DNA of 64,000 nt from Octopus vulgaris (Eukaryota). Numbering within the stretch: the stretch's first letter is position 1; every line of letters begins with the position of its first letter. Location of the stretch: positions 37,014,001 through 37,078,000 of the forward strand of contig OX597838.1 in assembly GCA_951406725.2 (NCBI GenBank). Reading direction: 5' to 3'. The position numbers were made by a program, and so were the translations under genes. Below the pieces are notes generated by a model, which worked only from the letters and a program-made list of their open reading frames with translations, made no database searches and was not told where the DNA came from. Shown here piece by piece: positions 49,406 through 62,439 of the stretch.

Positions 49406-49573
49406 TACGATGGGCTTTTTTCAGTTTCCGTCTACCAAATCCACTCTCACAAGGCTTTGGTCGGCCCGGGGCTACAGTAGAAGACACTTGCCCAAGGTGC
49501 CACGCAGTGGGACTGAACCCTGAACCATGTGGTTTGTAAGCAAGCTACTTACCACACAGCCACTCCTGAGCCT
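49152..49573 (-). mobile_element. SINE family A
   Basis: Matches other family A copies. Confidence 0.88.
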
Positions 49574-49899
49574 ATATCTCTCTTCCTATATCTTTCATAC
49601 TGTCTTTTCCAACCAATCTTTCATTCTTACTTTCTCAGATACCTTTGTTTTCTGTAAAAGGATAGAAATTATTTTTCTGTGCTCATAAAATAAGCAACAA
49701 CATTCAGTGGTTCTTTTGTCTTTACATTCTGTGTTCAAATTCCACTGAGGTCGACTTTACCTTTCATCCTTTCGGGGTCGATAAATTAAGTACCAGTTGC
49801 ATACTGGACCCCTCCCCCAAAATTTAGGGCCTTGTGCCTAGAGTAGAAAAGAAATATAAAAAGTATCTGGTCCTGTATTTTTATGACAATGCTGAGATC

Positions 49900-50303
49900 T
49901 TTGGCACTATGCAACAACCTCTCCTTCTGCTGTTTGTGTAACTTTCAATGCCAGAGTTTCATACAAGTCCTTCCAGGATCTTCCAGATGTATGTCACTGC
50001 ATATCTATGCCACCTTGCCAAGTCAATAGCCTTGGTGAACTCTGCTATAGATGGCAGACTATCAAGTTTGCACATGGCTGGCAAGATCTCGACACCCTCA
50101 ACTGCAGCCTCAGCTACCATGGTTTCCCATGAGTAGAGATCCAGGTAGTACTCCACCCATCTATCTATTTGCTTGCTTTGGTCCTTGATGAGATCTTCAG
50201 TAGTTGATTTCAGAGGAGCTGACTTGGTTGCGGATGGACCAAGGGCCTTCTTCAAACCGGCACACATCCCACAGGTGTCGCCACTGTCAGCAGCTGACAT
50301 GTT
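49900..50303 (-). mobile_element. RTE/BovB-like LINE, EN-RT linker fragment (inverted)
   Basis: AADSGDTCGMCAGLKKALGPSATKSAPLKS...KQIDRWVEYYLDLYS...LDSLPSIAEFTKAIDL. Confidence 0.8.
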
Positions 50304-50748
50304 AGTCATATGGAAGAAGGCAGAATCCCCAAGCTCTACAGAGAGCTTGCTTGGGGCACTAGGTCGGTGGGAAGACCGTTCTTACGATACAATGACGTTT
50401 GCAAAAGGGACATGAAGGCCTGCGACATCAATATTAGCAACAGGGAAGCAGTTGCCAGCAACCATGGAGACTGGTGACGTACCATAAAAGAGGGAACACA
50501 AAGGAGTGACTGAGGGAGAGAGAAGAGAAATGGAAAGACAAGAGAAGACGTCAACAAGAAACTATGGCACTACAACCAGCCAGGCAAAGTGTTCGCTATA
50601 TTTGTGTCACCTGCCAGAGGGAGTGTTTGTCCAGGATAGGACTACACAGCCACAGCAGGAAATGTATTAGGACATGAAATGTAAAAACCGCACTAGATTA
50701 TTTTATGCGCAATTCCATTGTCTCTCGAGACAAAAAGGATGCCAACAA
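50304..50748 (+). mobile_element. RTE/BovB-like LINE 3' end
   Basis: HMEEGRIPK...GRPFLRYNDVCKRDMK...CVTCQRECLSRIGLHSHSRKC; 3' ccattgtctctcgagacaaaaaggatgccaacaa. Confidence 0.85.
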
Positions 50749-51082
50749 TCTATAGCACGTTTGTTCTAGGAAATAGAGTCTTAACATTTTCAAGCTTCAG
50801 TAGCTTAAGATGATTTGCATTAAGATGATTTTCTTACAGCTTTTGCTGGATTGCTTTGAGTTCCATCATTAATTTTATACTGTGTGGTGGCCATAGTTGG
50901 GAGCAGTAGTCCAAGGGGCTGAGGGCAGATGTCCTTCATGGTTTTCTGTTCCCCATTCCGAAAGTTCAGAGAAACTATCCAGTTGGCTGTCAGTAATTAA
51001 TTGCCAAATTAGTAATAGGGAGCTTGAAAGATGCATCATTACTTCTGTCATAGATAATTGTACATATGTGTGTATATATATA

Positions 51083-51447
51083 TATCATCATCATCATCAT
51101 CATCATTGTTTAACATCTGCTTTCCATGCTAGCATGGGTTGGATGATTTGACTGAGGACTGGGTGAACCAGATGGCTGCACCAGGCTCCAATCTTGATCT
51201 GGCAGAGTTTCTACAGCTGGATGCCCTTCCTAACACCAACGACTCCAAGAGTGTAGTGGGTACTTTTATGTGCCACCAGCACAAGGGCCAGTCAGGCGGT
51301 ACTGGCAACGGCCACGCTCAAATAGTGTTTTACATGCCACCTGCAAAGGAGCCAGTCCAGCGGCACTGGCAATGACCTTACTCAAATGTTTCTTCACGTG
51401 CCGGTAAGGCAATGCTGGTAATGATCAAGCTCGAATGGTGCTTTTAT
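51083..51447 (-). mobile_element. Retroposon family C
   Basis: Homologous to 3530-3965. Confidence 0.8.
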
Positions 51448-51678
51448 ACATACATACATATATATATATATATATGTATACATACATTCATACATACATA
51501 TATATATATACATACATATATATATATACATACATATATATATATATACATACATTGGAATGTAGCAAGATGCAATGAAAATTTTAGAAAAATAAAAAAT
51601 AAATAAGTGGAAATTTTACCTGTGTGTGTGTTAAATTATAAGGCACCAAAAGAGAATGACTCTCGCCAGACACAACAG

Positions 51679-51706
<28 letters not shown>

Positions 51707-51709
<3 letters not shown>

Positions 51710-52015
51710 AGGCACAATGGTTAGGGCAGTGGTTAGGGCAGTGAACTTGCAGTCGGAGGATCGCGGTTTCAGTTCCCAGACCGGGCATTGTGTGTGTTTA
51801 TTGAATGAAAACACCTAAAAGCTCCACGAGGCTCCGGCAGGGGTGATGGTGGCAACCCCTGTTGTACTCTTTCGCCACAACTTTCTTTCACTCTCTCTTC
51901 CTGTTTTTTGAGTAATGCTGCAATGGACTGGCATCCCGTTCAGCTGGGAGGAACACATACACCACAGAAACTGGGAAACTGGGCCCATGAGCCTGGCTAA
52001 GCTTGAAAAGGGCGA
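51707..52015 (+). mobile_element. SINE family D
   Basis: tggaggcacaatggttagggc...ggtttcagttcccagaccgggc. Confidence 0.75.
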
Positions 52016-52044
52016 CGTTTATCATTTTTATTTATATATATATA

Positions 52045-53304
52045 TTGGGTCATCCCATAAATAATATACTTTTTTATACATTTATTTTTCAAAATTAAGA
52101 TAAATTCTTCTTTAATCTAAATATATTCTCCTTCATTTTCTACAATGCCCTTTCATCTATCAGGTAGACCTGCAAGATCCCTCTTCCAAATTTCACTTCT
52201 GCATTATGAAAAATAATCCTCCAGTACTGTTCTGGCCTCATCTACAGAATTCATATTCTTTTCCATCCAAATGATTTTGACGACTGCAGAATAAATGTTA
52301 ATCAGATGGGGCAATACCCGGTGAATATGGTGGGTGGGGCATCGTTTTCTCCTTCAAACTGCTCCAGCCTTTGCAATGTCATCTTCACTGTATGAGGCCA
52401 AGAATTATCCAGATGGAAGAACACTTTTTGTCTTGAGACCAAAGACGGTCATTTTTTGCCTAGTGCTGACATAAGCTGCTCGCTGTAGATCTCCCTTGTT
52501 ATTGTTTGGTTTGGGTTTAAAAGTTCAAAGTGAACTAAACCTTTCATATCCCACCAAACAGATAACAGCGCCTTACATAGGTGAAGTCCTTTTTTTAGCC
52601 TGGTGTGCTTGTGTTTTTCCTTTCTCTACTCACTGTCTTCAGTGCTTGACCATTTTATGGAGGACCCACGTCTCATCACCAACCACTATTCAGTCCAAAA
52701 AAGGTTCATTCGTGGGACATGACAGCAAAGAAAAACACACAATCACTCTCTGTGCACGATTAGGCTCAAAAAGTTTGTGAGAAACCCATTGACCCAATTT
52801 GCTGGCTTTTCTGATGGCACGCAGGCATCGATGAATGGTTGAATGATCAAATCCAAGCTTCTCTGCTAGTTTCTCAACAGTTACGATGGAATTTTCTTCC
52901 ACTAGGATTTGCAGGACGTCCTTGTGAAGCTCTGCTGATCTTCCAGGATGAGGCTTTTGTAGGAACTAGTTTTTGACTTGGAATTTCTGGAACCACCATT
53001 GACACTGGCTTATGCTTATTGTCCAACCTCCATATACTCCATATACAGTTTCTGTTGCATCTTGCTTTTATTGAACTCATAAAGCAAAATATGCCGAATA
53101 TGCTCCTTTGTCACTTCCATTATAGCTTTGAAAAAATAACTGTTAAAATTGAACAACACTCTTCAAAACTTGCACTAAGAATAAATGCAAGGTAAAATTA
53201 CTACCTGCTTTTATAGCCAAGTTGATGCAGGTAGTTTATTCCACCCCCCTCTGACTTTTAGTTCATGGAATTGAAAAAAAAACATTATTTATGGGATGAC
53301 CCAA
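52045..53304 (-). mobile_element. Full-length defective mariner (DD34D) transposon
   Basis: TA-flanked TIRs ttgggtcatcccataaataat / attatttatgggatgacccaa; 1260 bp; motifs GQWVSHKL, GDETWV, SVWWDMKG, HPPYSPGIAPSD; multiple stops and frameshifts. Confidence 0.93.
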
Positions 53305-53308
53305 TATA

Positions 53309-53358
<50 letters not shown>

Positions 53359-54528
53359 CAGATATAGAAATAGGTAGATAGATAGATTTATAATGTGTTT
53401 CGATGCTTACATTCACATGTGTATGTGTGTGCATGTTTGTCTATATACACATGCATACCCTTCTGTAAGCTATGTGAGTTCCATCTCTCACAGAAGCAAT
53501 GCATGGCTAATGTGTCTTGTGTGGAGATTATTTTTTTTTTTTCCGACAGATTTTTCTCTAATCCTTTCCCAAAAGAAATTCAATGTTCTCTGTATATACA
53601 TTCAGTGAAAAAAAAAGCTGCGGATATTTCCAAACTGAAGCGTCATTCTCATCCATTCCTCTGCTCCTCCCAGAAGACATCAGAAATAATACATTTTTCT
53701 TTGTCTCTCCGGTTGTTCTTTTGCAAATATTTCCAGTGTAAATTAAGGAAAAAATCTTCCATATGTATTACAATGTTCATTAGAGATTTTTCCTGAATTC
53801 CATGGTTTCCAAGAAAGATTTTATTTGTTTGTTTGCACTTATTTCTCATTCTAAAGAATATATACTCCGATTTACACAGTCCAGAAAAAGAAAAGCGACA
53901 AAGACCACCCCACCTACCTGTCCTAAAAAATCGAGCATGTTCTATGTAAATACACTACATGTCTTTGTGATAAATAAATGTTCTTCTTTGTATCTGAGAA
54001 TTTCTCAAAGAAAATTTTAAGCAATGGGGTGTTTTTCTTTTTATGTAGTTTTTGTTTGTTTGTTGTTACTTTATTTCATTTTATTTTTGTTCTTTTACAC
54101 CAAATATAAAAATAATTTGTGTTAAGTACCTAGAGAATAATTAGAATCCATGTGAGTATTTTTTGTAATTTTTTTTCTTTTCTCTTCTTTTTTTTTTCTT
54201 TGTCTGAAAGAACAAAAGACAATATATTTTGTCAAGTTCACACTGGAGATCCTAACTATTTAAGTACAAAAAAAAAGAAGCAAAACAAAAAAAAAGCAAT
54301 AAATCTCTCTATATATATATAAAAACCGAATGATGTATCTCTTAGCTCTTATTCTATCGAAAGGTTTACCACAATCATAGCATGTATCATTTAGTTTAGG
54401 AATTTGTTTAGTTATCCAAAAAGAAAAGTGATATGCATCTTGTTTCATTCAACAGAGAGAGATGCTACTACAAGTTTCTCGGATCAATAAAATATACTGT
54501 CCTCCTGTCAACAAATACAAATATATAC

Positions 54529-54561
<33 letters not shown>

Positions 54562-54861
54562 CGCACCATCCGTTCGTGGCCAGTGCCAGCCTCGCCTGAC
54601 CCCCGTGCCGGTGGCACGTAAAAAGCACCATCCGTCCGTGGCCGTTTGCCAGCTCCATCTGGCACCTGTGCCAGTGGCACATAAAAAGCACCCACTACAC
54701 TCACGGAGTGGTTGGCGTTAGGAAGGGCATCCAGCTGTAGAAACTCTGCCAGATCAGACTGGGCCTGATGCAGCCTTCTGGCTTCACAGACCCCAGTTGA
54801 ACCGTCCAACCCATGCTAGCATGGAAAGCGGACGCTAAATGATGATGATGATGATGATGAT
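54562..54861 (+). mobile_element. Retroposon family C
   Basis: ggcgttaggaagggcatccagctgtagaaac...gctaaatgatgatg. Confidence 0.8.
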
Positions 54862-55275
54862 ATATGTGTGTCTGTGTGTGTGTATGTGTGTGTACTTCAA
54901 AGACAACTTACCAAATGAAAAAAGTAGAAAAAATACATACATCAAAGATAATTTATCAAAAACAAAAAGAGAAGAAATTAAGAAGGAAAAATAGACCTTT
55001 TCCGAGTTTGCAATTATTTCTCCAGCATTTTTTTCTCTCTTCGTTTTGAGAAGAAACAAAGGTGTGGGGTGTGTTTTTGCGTCCAAAATGTCCACAAGAG
55101 TTGAGATGCTGCAAATTTCTTTCTTTGTATATTTTTTTTTTCTTGGTTATTTTTTTGTTGTTTTGTACAAGAAAAAAAAAAAAAACAAACATCTGCAATG
55201 TATTTCATTTTTGGTACCCATTCCCTCTCCCTCTCTCTCTCCCCCATATATATATATATACATACATATCATACA

Positions 55276-55375
<100 letters not shown>

Positions 55376-55702
55376 TATAAAAAAAAACATATATACACAT
55401 AAATATTATAAATATACATATACATACGTATATAAATAAATATATATATCTCTATCTGTATATATAATGCATATATATATATATATATATATGTATATAA
55501 TTATCTATTTGTCTCTATGTATGTTTGTATGTTCAGCGATTCACCTGTGTTTTGTGTATTTTTTTTGCGTAGGGATTTTCTTTTTGTTTTATTTACCTGT
55601 TTCTCACTCTTTCTTCTTTTAAATACATATATGCATAAATGTGTGTGTATAAATATATATATAATCAAACATATACATATATATATGTGTATATATATAT
55701 AA

Positions 55703-55744
<42 letters not shown>

Positions 55745-55760
55745 GTATGTATATATATAT

Positions 55761-55808
<48 letters not shown>

Positions 55809-55853
55809 GCATACATACATATATATATGTGTATATACATATATATATGTGTG

Positions 55854-55891
<38 letters not shown>

Positions 55892-55980
55892 ATCGTGGTT
55901 GTGTGGTTAGGAATTTTGTCTCCCAGCCAAATAGTTTTTGAGTTCAGTCTCACTGCACTGCACTCTGGTCGTTAAAAGCC

Positions 55981-56392
55981 TTACTCTTTACTCTTTTACT
56001 TGTTTCAGTCATTTGACTGCGGCCATGCTGCAGCACCACCTTTAGTCGAGCAAATCGACCCCGGGACTTATTCTTTGTAAGCCCAGTACTTATTCTATCG
56101 GCCGCTTTTGCCGAACCGCTAGGTGATGGGGATGTAAGCACACCAGCATCAGTTGTCAAAGCAATGCTAGGGAGACAAACACAGACACACAAACACACGC
56201 ACACACATACATATATATATGCATATATACGACAGGCTTCTTTCAGTTTCCGTCTACCAAATCCACTCACAAGGCATTGGTCGGCCCGGGGCTATAACAG
56301 AAGACACTTGCCCAAGATGCCACACAGTGGGACTGAACCCGGAACCATGTGGTTGGTAAGCAAGCTACTTACCACACAGCCACTCCCGCGCC
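55981..56392 (-). mobile_element. SINE family A
   Basis: Matches other family A copies. Confidence 0.88.
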
Positions 56393-56679
56393 TTGTGAGA
56401 ATGTTTAGTAGATGGGAGCCAAAAGCAGACCACTGAACATAGACTCATGCACAAACACATTCACACATACATTTGTATACACTCGTACACACACACACAC
56501 ACACACATACACACACACACATATCTGCACTTGCAGGTATGTGTGTATGTTGAGTGAGAAGGTGTGTGGCTTAGTGACTAGGTTATTCACTGCACAGTTG
56601 TGAGTTCAATTCCCAGCAATGCATTGTGTCCTTGAGTAAGATGTTTTATTTCACATTGACCTAGTCCTCTCACCTGGCA

Positions 56680-57137
56680 AAAGTGAGTCTTACCTGGAAT
56701 TCAAAAGTGAGTCTTACATGTAATTCAAAATTGAGTCTTACCTGGAATTCAAAAGTGAGTCTTACCTGGAATTCAAAAGTGAGTATTACCTGTAATTCAA
56801 AAGTAAGTCTTACCTGGAATTCAAAAGTGAGTCTTACCTGTAATTCAAAAGTGAGTCTTACCTGTAATTCACCAGTGAGTCTTACCTGTAATTCAAAAAT
56901 GAGTCTTACCTGGAATTCAAAATTGAGTCTTACCTGTAATTCAAAAGTGAGTCTTACCTGTAATTCAAAAGTGAGTCTTATCTGTAATTCAAAAGTGAGT
57001 CTTACCTGGAATTCAAAAGTGAGTCTTACCTGGAATTCAAAAGTGAGTCTTACCTGTAATTCAAAAGTGAGTCTTACCTGTAATTCAAAAGTGAGTTTTA
57101 CCTGTAATTCAAAAGTGAGTCTTACTTGTAATTCAAA
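56680..57137. repeat. 24-bp minisatellite (aaagtgagtcttacctgtaattca), about 19 units, inside a family D-related SINE (56558-57300)
   Basis: Direct reading; SINE sequence continues on both sides. Confidence 0.95.
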
Positions 57138-57354
57138 GGCCAAACTCACATTCTGTGACATATTGAATCTCCCTGAGAACTATGTTAAGGCTACACACGT
57201 CTATGGAGTACTCAGCCACTTGCACATTAATTTCATGAGCAGGCTGTTCTGTTGATTGGATCAACTGGAACCCTCATCGTTGTAACCGACAGAGTGCCAC
57301 TTTTTGTCTATGTTAAATATGAAGTAAAGTTCCTTTTTGAGTAATGTTAATTCA

Positions 57355-57945
57355 TAAATCTGGTTTCCTGGTTCCATGGCATATATATTCCTCACCTGGA
57401 TGGGATCCTGGTCCATCACAGGTGTACTCATTTTGCCAGCTGAGTGGACTGGAGCAACATGAAATGACGAAATGAAGTATTTTGCTCAAGAACACAAACA
57501 CATTGCCCAGTCCAGGAATCGAAACCACAATCTTACAATCATGATTCCAATACCCTAACCACTGAGCCACGTGCCTCCACCTTTGTTAAATGTGTACATA
57601 TTTGTGATGAAGGCACATGGCTCAGTGGTTAGAGTGTTGAGCTTATGATTGTGAAATTGATGAGTTTGAATCCTGGACAAGGCTGCATGTTGTGTTCTTG
57701 AGCAAGACACTTTATTTCACATTGCTCCAGTTCACTCAGCTGTAGAAATGAGTTGCAACGTCACTGGTGCCAAGCTGTATCGGCCCCTTTGCCTTTTCCT
57801 TGGATAACATCGGTGGTGTGGAGAGGGGAGGCTGGTATGCATGGGTGACTGCTGGTCTTCCATAAACAACCTTGCCCGGACTTGTGCCTGGGAGGGTAAC
57901 TTTCTAGGTGCAATCCCATGGTCAATCATGACCAAAGGGGGTCTC
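57355..57945. mobile_element. Two diverged D-related SINEs head-to-head (57355-57582 minus; 57605-57945 plus)
   Basis: ggcac.tggctcagtggttag heads on opposite strands. Confidence 0.7.
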
Positions 57946-58442
57946 AGCAACATATTTGTGTCTCCTTGTCTTGGTGGATGATAATTGTAAATGAGTGTCA
58001 CTGTTATACAAGCAGTGTCATTCATTTCCAATCTTCTGTGAAGACCTGCTTGGCCATGGGGAAATATTACCTTGCTTGGAAACAGATAGAGTTTAGTAAC
58101 AGGAAGAGCATCCAGCTGTAGAAAATCTGCCTCGATGGCACCATGGAAAATTGTACATTGAAACGATGATGATGATTGGTTTGACTTACACGTTATGAAT
58201 GAAATATGAGAAATACAATGTATATAGAAGGTTGCTTGGTGGATAGTACTTATACCTCTGAAGCTACAGTCATGCCACACAATGTATCGTATGGATTCTA
58301 TCTGAAAGATACACATGCTTGTGACATGATTACCCAATTAAGACCTTAATTCTTGAGCAGGTTATTCTCTTGATTGAAGAATCAAATCTGTCTTGTTGAA
58401 GAGCAGAGATCCACCACTATTTAAATATGTGTGTGTGCATGC

Positions 58443-58487
<45 letters not shown>

Positions 58488-58818
58488 GGAGTGGCTGTGT
58501 TGTAAATAGCTTGCTTACGAACCACATGGTTCTAGGTTCAGTCCCACTGTGTGGCACCTTGGGCAAGTGTCTTCTACTGTAGCCTTGTGAGTGGATTAGG
58601 TAAATGGAAACTGAAAGAAGCCCATCATATATATGTATGTGTCTGTGTTTCTCCCCCCAACATCGCTTGACAACCGATGCTGGTGTGTTTATGTCCCCAT
58701 AACTTATAGGTTCGGCAAAAGTTGAATGAAAGAATAAGTTCTGGGGTTGAGTTGCTTGACTAAAGGTGGTGCTCCAGCATGGCCTCAGTCAAATGGCTGA
58801 AACAAGTAAAAGAGTAAA
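58488..58818 (+). mobile_element. SINE family A
   Basis: Matches other family A copies. Confidence 0.82.
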
Positions 58819-59356
58819 GGGTATATATATATATATATATATATGCCTGTGTGCATGTGTGTGTATGTATATATGTGCATGCATGCATATATATATATAT
58901 ATATATATATGTATGCATATATATGTAGGTATATGCATACATATATATATGTACACACACGTCTATTTGAAATAAATGAATTTAGATATATAAATATATA
59001 ATGTATATGTACATTTGTACCAATAATTGCATAAGTATATTTATATATACATACTTATATACACAAATGCAAACATATATGTTTTTATATTTACATATGT
59101 AACGACTATACTGGAGGCAGATTGGACAATGATATTCTAAAATATACACACACAAGATGGTGTACTTCTGTACATAAATAGAATTTAATTGGACAACTGA
59201 TAAATCAAGAGACACTGTTAATTATTTCTCTTAATACTGTTTCCATATGTATCTTACTGTGTTTGAACCACTTTTTATATTTTGCTTTTATATCTGTTAT
59301 TTTTATTTCTTATATGTTACATGTTTGTCTTTGCATGCTGTTTCTACATACCTGGT

Positions 59357-59618
59357 TTTATGTGTTGCTGTTGTATGCTTACTCTTTCTGTCTATGTTTC
59401 TATGTGTTGCTGTTGTATGCTTACTCTTTCTGTCTATGTTTCTATGTGTTGCTGTTGTATGCTTACTCTTTCTGTCTATGTTTCTATGTGTTGCTGTTGT
59501 ATGCTTACTCTTTCTGTCTATGTTTCTATGTGTTGCTGTTGTATGCTTACTCTTTCTATCTATGTTTCTATGTGTTGCTGTTGTATGCTTACTCTTTCTG
59601 TCTATGTTTCCATGTGTG
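59357..59618. repeat. 42-bp minisatellite, about 6 near-identical units
   Basis: tatgtgttgctgttgtatgcttactctttctgtctatgtttc. Confidence 0.95.
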
Positions 59619-59836
59619 CTGTTTGCTTTTTCTTTTCTTTGTTTTTTTTTTGTTTTTGTTTTCGCTGTATATTTTTATAAGTCTGATGATCAAGCTTCAT
59701 TCCATGTTATTCTAGAAAGCCATAGTTATGACTGAAGCAGTGCTGTAATATTTAGTGATTGATTTCTCTCCACTCTCTTTCTGTCTATTTACACTTATCT
59801 ATCCCCCCCACCACCACACACATACACACATATATA

Positions 59837-60222
59837 TCTTTATATATAAAGCTGAAGTTGTCTGTGTGTGGCAGGTTTGGAAGCCTTCAACTAACACTAT
59901 CTCCTCCAAGATCCTGCGGCACAAGTTGACCAAAATTGAGAGTTTGATAGAAGAAGGCTTGCTCTTCATTCCACAGAAGAAAAAATTCAAATTGAACCAT
60001 GTTAAGACCAAAAATTATTTACATCAAAAAGGTGATTTTTTTTTCTATGAAAATCCCTATTTTTTACGATCTTTGACTGCTGTGTCGCCATTTTTCAGTG
60101 TATTTCAACCAGAAAAATGTTCACTTAAAGAGTATAACAAGCTACATAATGCTTTTCAAAAATTCCAATTCTAAAGGGTCAAAAAGAAAACAAACCCGAG
60201 CAACGCCGGGCTATACTACTAG
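59837..60222 (+). mobile_element. Non-autonomous Helitron, complete
   Basis: a|TCtttatatataaagctgaag...cccgagcaacgccggg-ctatacta-CTAG|t. Confidence 0.88.
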
Positions 60223-60431
60223 TATATATATATATAGAGAGAGAGATATAGATAGGTATAAATACATATGCACACACACACATACACAGATATGGTTAGG
60301 CATCGCGAGACTAATGACCTGGTATAGAACTTAATATGCGTATGATTCAGAATGAAGTGTTAGTCGAGTATAGAACAGTAATAAGAAAATGAGATGGCAA
60401 AAGAATAAATGATTATCTTATAAACATCCTT

Positions 60432-60512
60432 GGCTTACAGTTGTTTCTGCTATAGGTTGTAGTGGACTCATAGTCGAATGCCTGAGTCATACCTTATACC
60501 ATCATCAGATCC
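60432..60512 (-). ncRNA. Type I hammerhead motif with an extended stem II, in a PLE-like remnant (about 60290-60517)
   Basis: Reverse complement: ggat-CTGATGA-tg.tataaggt..gactca...tgagtc..acctatagca-GAAAC-aact-GTA-agcc. Confidence 0.65.
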
Positions 60513-60527
60513 TCAAATATATATGTG

Positions 60528-60750
60528 TGTTAGTTAGTTAGTTAGTTAATTTTCGGCTCAAAAAGCAAAAAGCAAGGCCATGTAGGGGGACATGGAGTTA
60601 TGTACAGGGTGGTGTTCATGTAAAGAGTTCAGGCCATTTGTGGTCAAGGGAGACTTTGAACCGAGCGGTCGTCGGCATCTTCACCATCTCGTCCGGCAGC
60701 TTATTCCACGGATCCACAACCCGGACGGAGAAAGCCCCTCTTCTTCGATT
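60528..60750 (-). mobile_element. CR1-group LINE 3' end with a (CTAA)n tail
   Basis: Minus-strand RRGAFSVRVVDPWNKLPDEMVKMPTTARFKVSLDHKW. Confidence 0.8.
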
Positions 60751-61573
60751 GAGATGTGTGTGTGTGTGTGTACGCAGGCATGCGGCCCAGTGGTGAGGGT
60801 GTTGTACTTTAAATCCCTAGGATTGATTCTTGGACTGGATGGTGCATTGTATTCTTGAGCAAGCACTTCATTTTGTGTTGCATTATGGGTGGAAGAGTGG
60901 CAGAATCATTAGCACATCAACAGAAATGCTTTATGGTGTATATATCTTCTGGCTCTCTACATTCTGAGTTCAAATCCCACCTGCCAAGGAGAAGGCAATG
61001 GAAAAAAGTCATGGTTGTCAAAGTTCCAGCAATCTATTTAACGGGATCAGCGGAGGGTAGAGGCTCTCTGATGTTGTGTAGAGAGTGCTGGAGTAGGTCT
61101 ACATGCACAGGATCTGCCCAAGGAGAAAGAAGCACTAGACTAGATTTATGTAGATATTGGCTGAGAGACTACCAGATATAGACATGGTGTCTGTGAGCAA
61201 AGCAAGTGGAGTATGTTTCTTTGAAGTTTTCACTCCCCAAGTGGGGCCCAAGTGCAGTGCTTGCAGAGACTCAGCAGGAACACGAGTAGTGTGTGTCAGA
61301 GACTTGCAGTTGTTTCTGCATGCAATGATTCCCAACATGGGACGTAAGCACTGCCTATGGGTCCCAGGAGAACTGTGACGGGGCGTAAGATCCAAAACAT
61401 TTTCCTTTTATTTTAGTGGGACATGGAATTGTGAAAACCTTTTTTCTTGTGGCAAGCATGCCACACCTATACTCAGCCTAGCCAAACCAATCCCTCTGGC
61501 CAAGTATATTGTGTGAAGACTGTTTGCTACAGTGTAGTGCTATTCTGATGCCCTAGTGTAAATATCTCTTTAA

Positions 61574-61802
61574 CCCTTTCGGTACCAACCCAGCTGAAAC
61601 TGGCTCTGGCTCTGTAGTACAAATGTCTAAGTATAATGTCTAAATATAAGTTTTGTATTAAAATCTTCCACTAAACCTTAGTCACAATTAATGTTCCTAA
61701 CACTGGCTTAATGATAACTAAGTTATTTTACTAAATTCTTTGTTATACCTAAAATAATTGAGAGAAACACAGAATCTCAAAATAAAAACAGTAACGAAAG
61801 GG
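61574..61802. mobile_element. piggyBac-like MITE
   Basis: TTAA|ccctttcg.tac ... gta.cgaaaggg|TTAA. Confidence 0.85.
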
Positions 61803-62439
61803 TTAAGAGATAAGAAATTATTAATCTTTTTATGTATATGTGTGTGTATGTTTGTGTGTCTGTGTTTGTTCCCCCAACATCACTTGACAGCCGATGCTGG
61901 TGTGTTTATGTCCCCATAACTTAGCGGTTCAGCAAAAGAAACCAACAGAATAAGTACTAGGCTTACAAAGAATAAGTCCCGGGGTCGATTTGCTCGGCTA
62001 AAGGCGGTGCTCCAGCATGGCCACAGCCAAATGACTGAAACAGGTAATAGAATGTCACCACCAGTGGGGCATACATTTTCCTGGAAAGTTAATGGGAGTG
62101 GGGGGGGCAGGGGTGGAAATAAGTTGGGAAACAAGGCACTAAACCTTCTGTGTGTCTGAAACTGTAAATGGTGATGTTTCATTTGTCACAGCATCATCAT
62201 CATCGTCATCATCATCATCATCGTCATCATCATCATCATCGTCGTGTCCATGTTTCACCCTGGGCACTTTGGTTAGCTCTGATGACCCCCATGGACTGCA
62301 TCATGCTCTAGTGTCTGCTTTGGCACGGTTTCTATTGCTGGATGCTCTTCCTAGCCATCCTGTCTCTTTATTCAGGCACAGGACATCAGTGACTCCATTA
62401 TCGGTTATTATTATTATTATTATTATTTATTATTTATTT

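Noticed and set aside
56670-57255. Repeat-protein ORFs (LTFELQVR)n / (SLTCNSKV)n, or a CRISPR-like array
   Set aside because: A stop-free 24-bp unit inside a SINE; units are contiguous with no unique spacers and no cas genes
59680-59733. CTGATGA...GAAA hammerhead candidate
   Set aside because: Stem II is weak and stem I cannot pair next to the core
59247-59735. Hydrophobic membrane-protein-like ORF
   Set aside because: Product of the 42-bp T-rich minisatellite, which is open in all three frames
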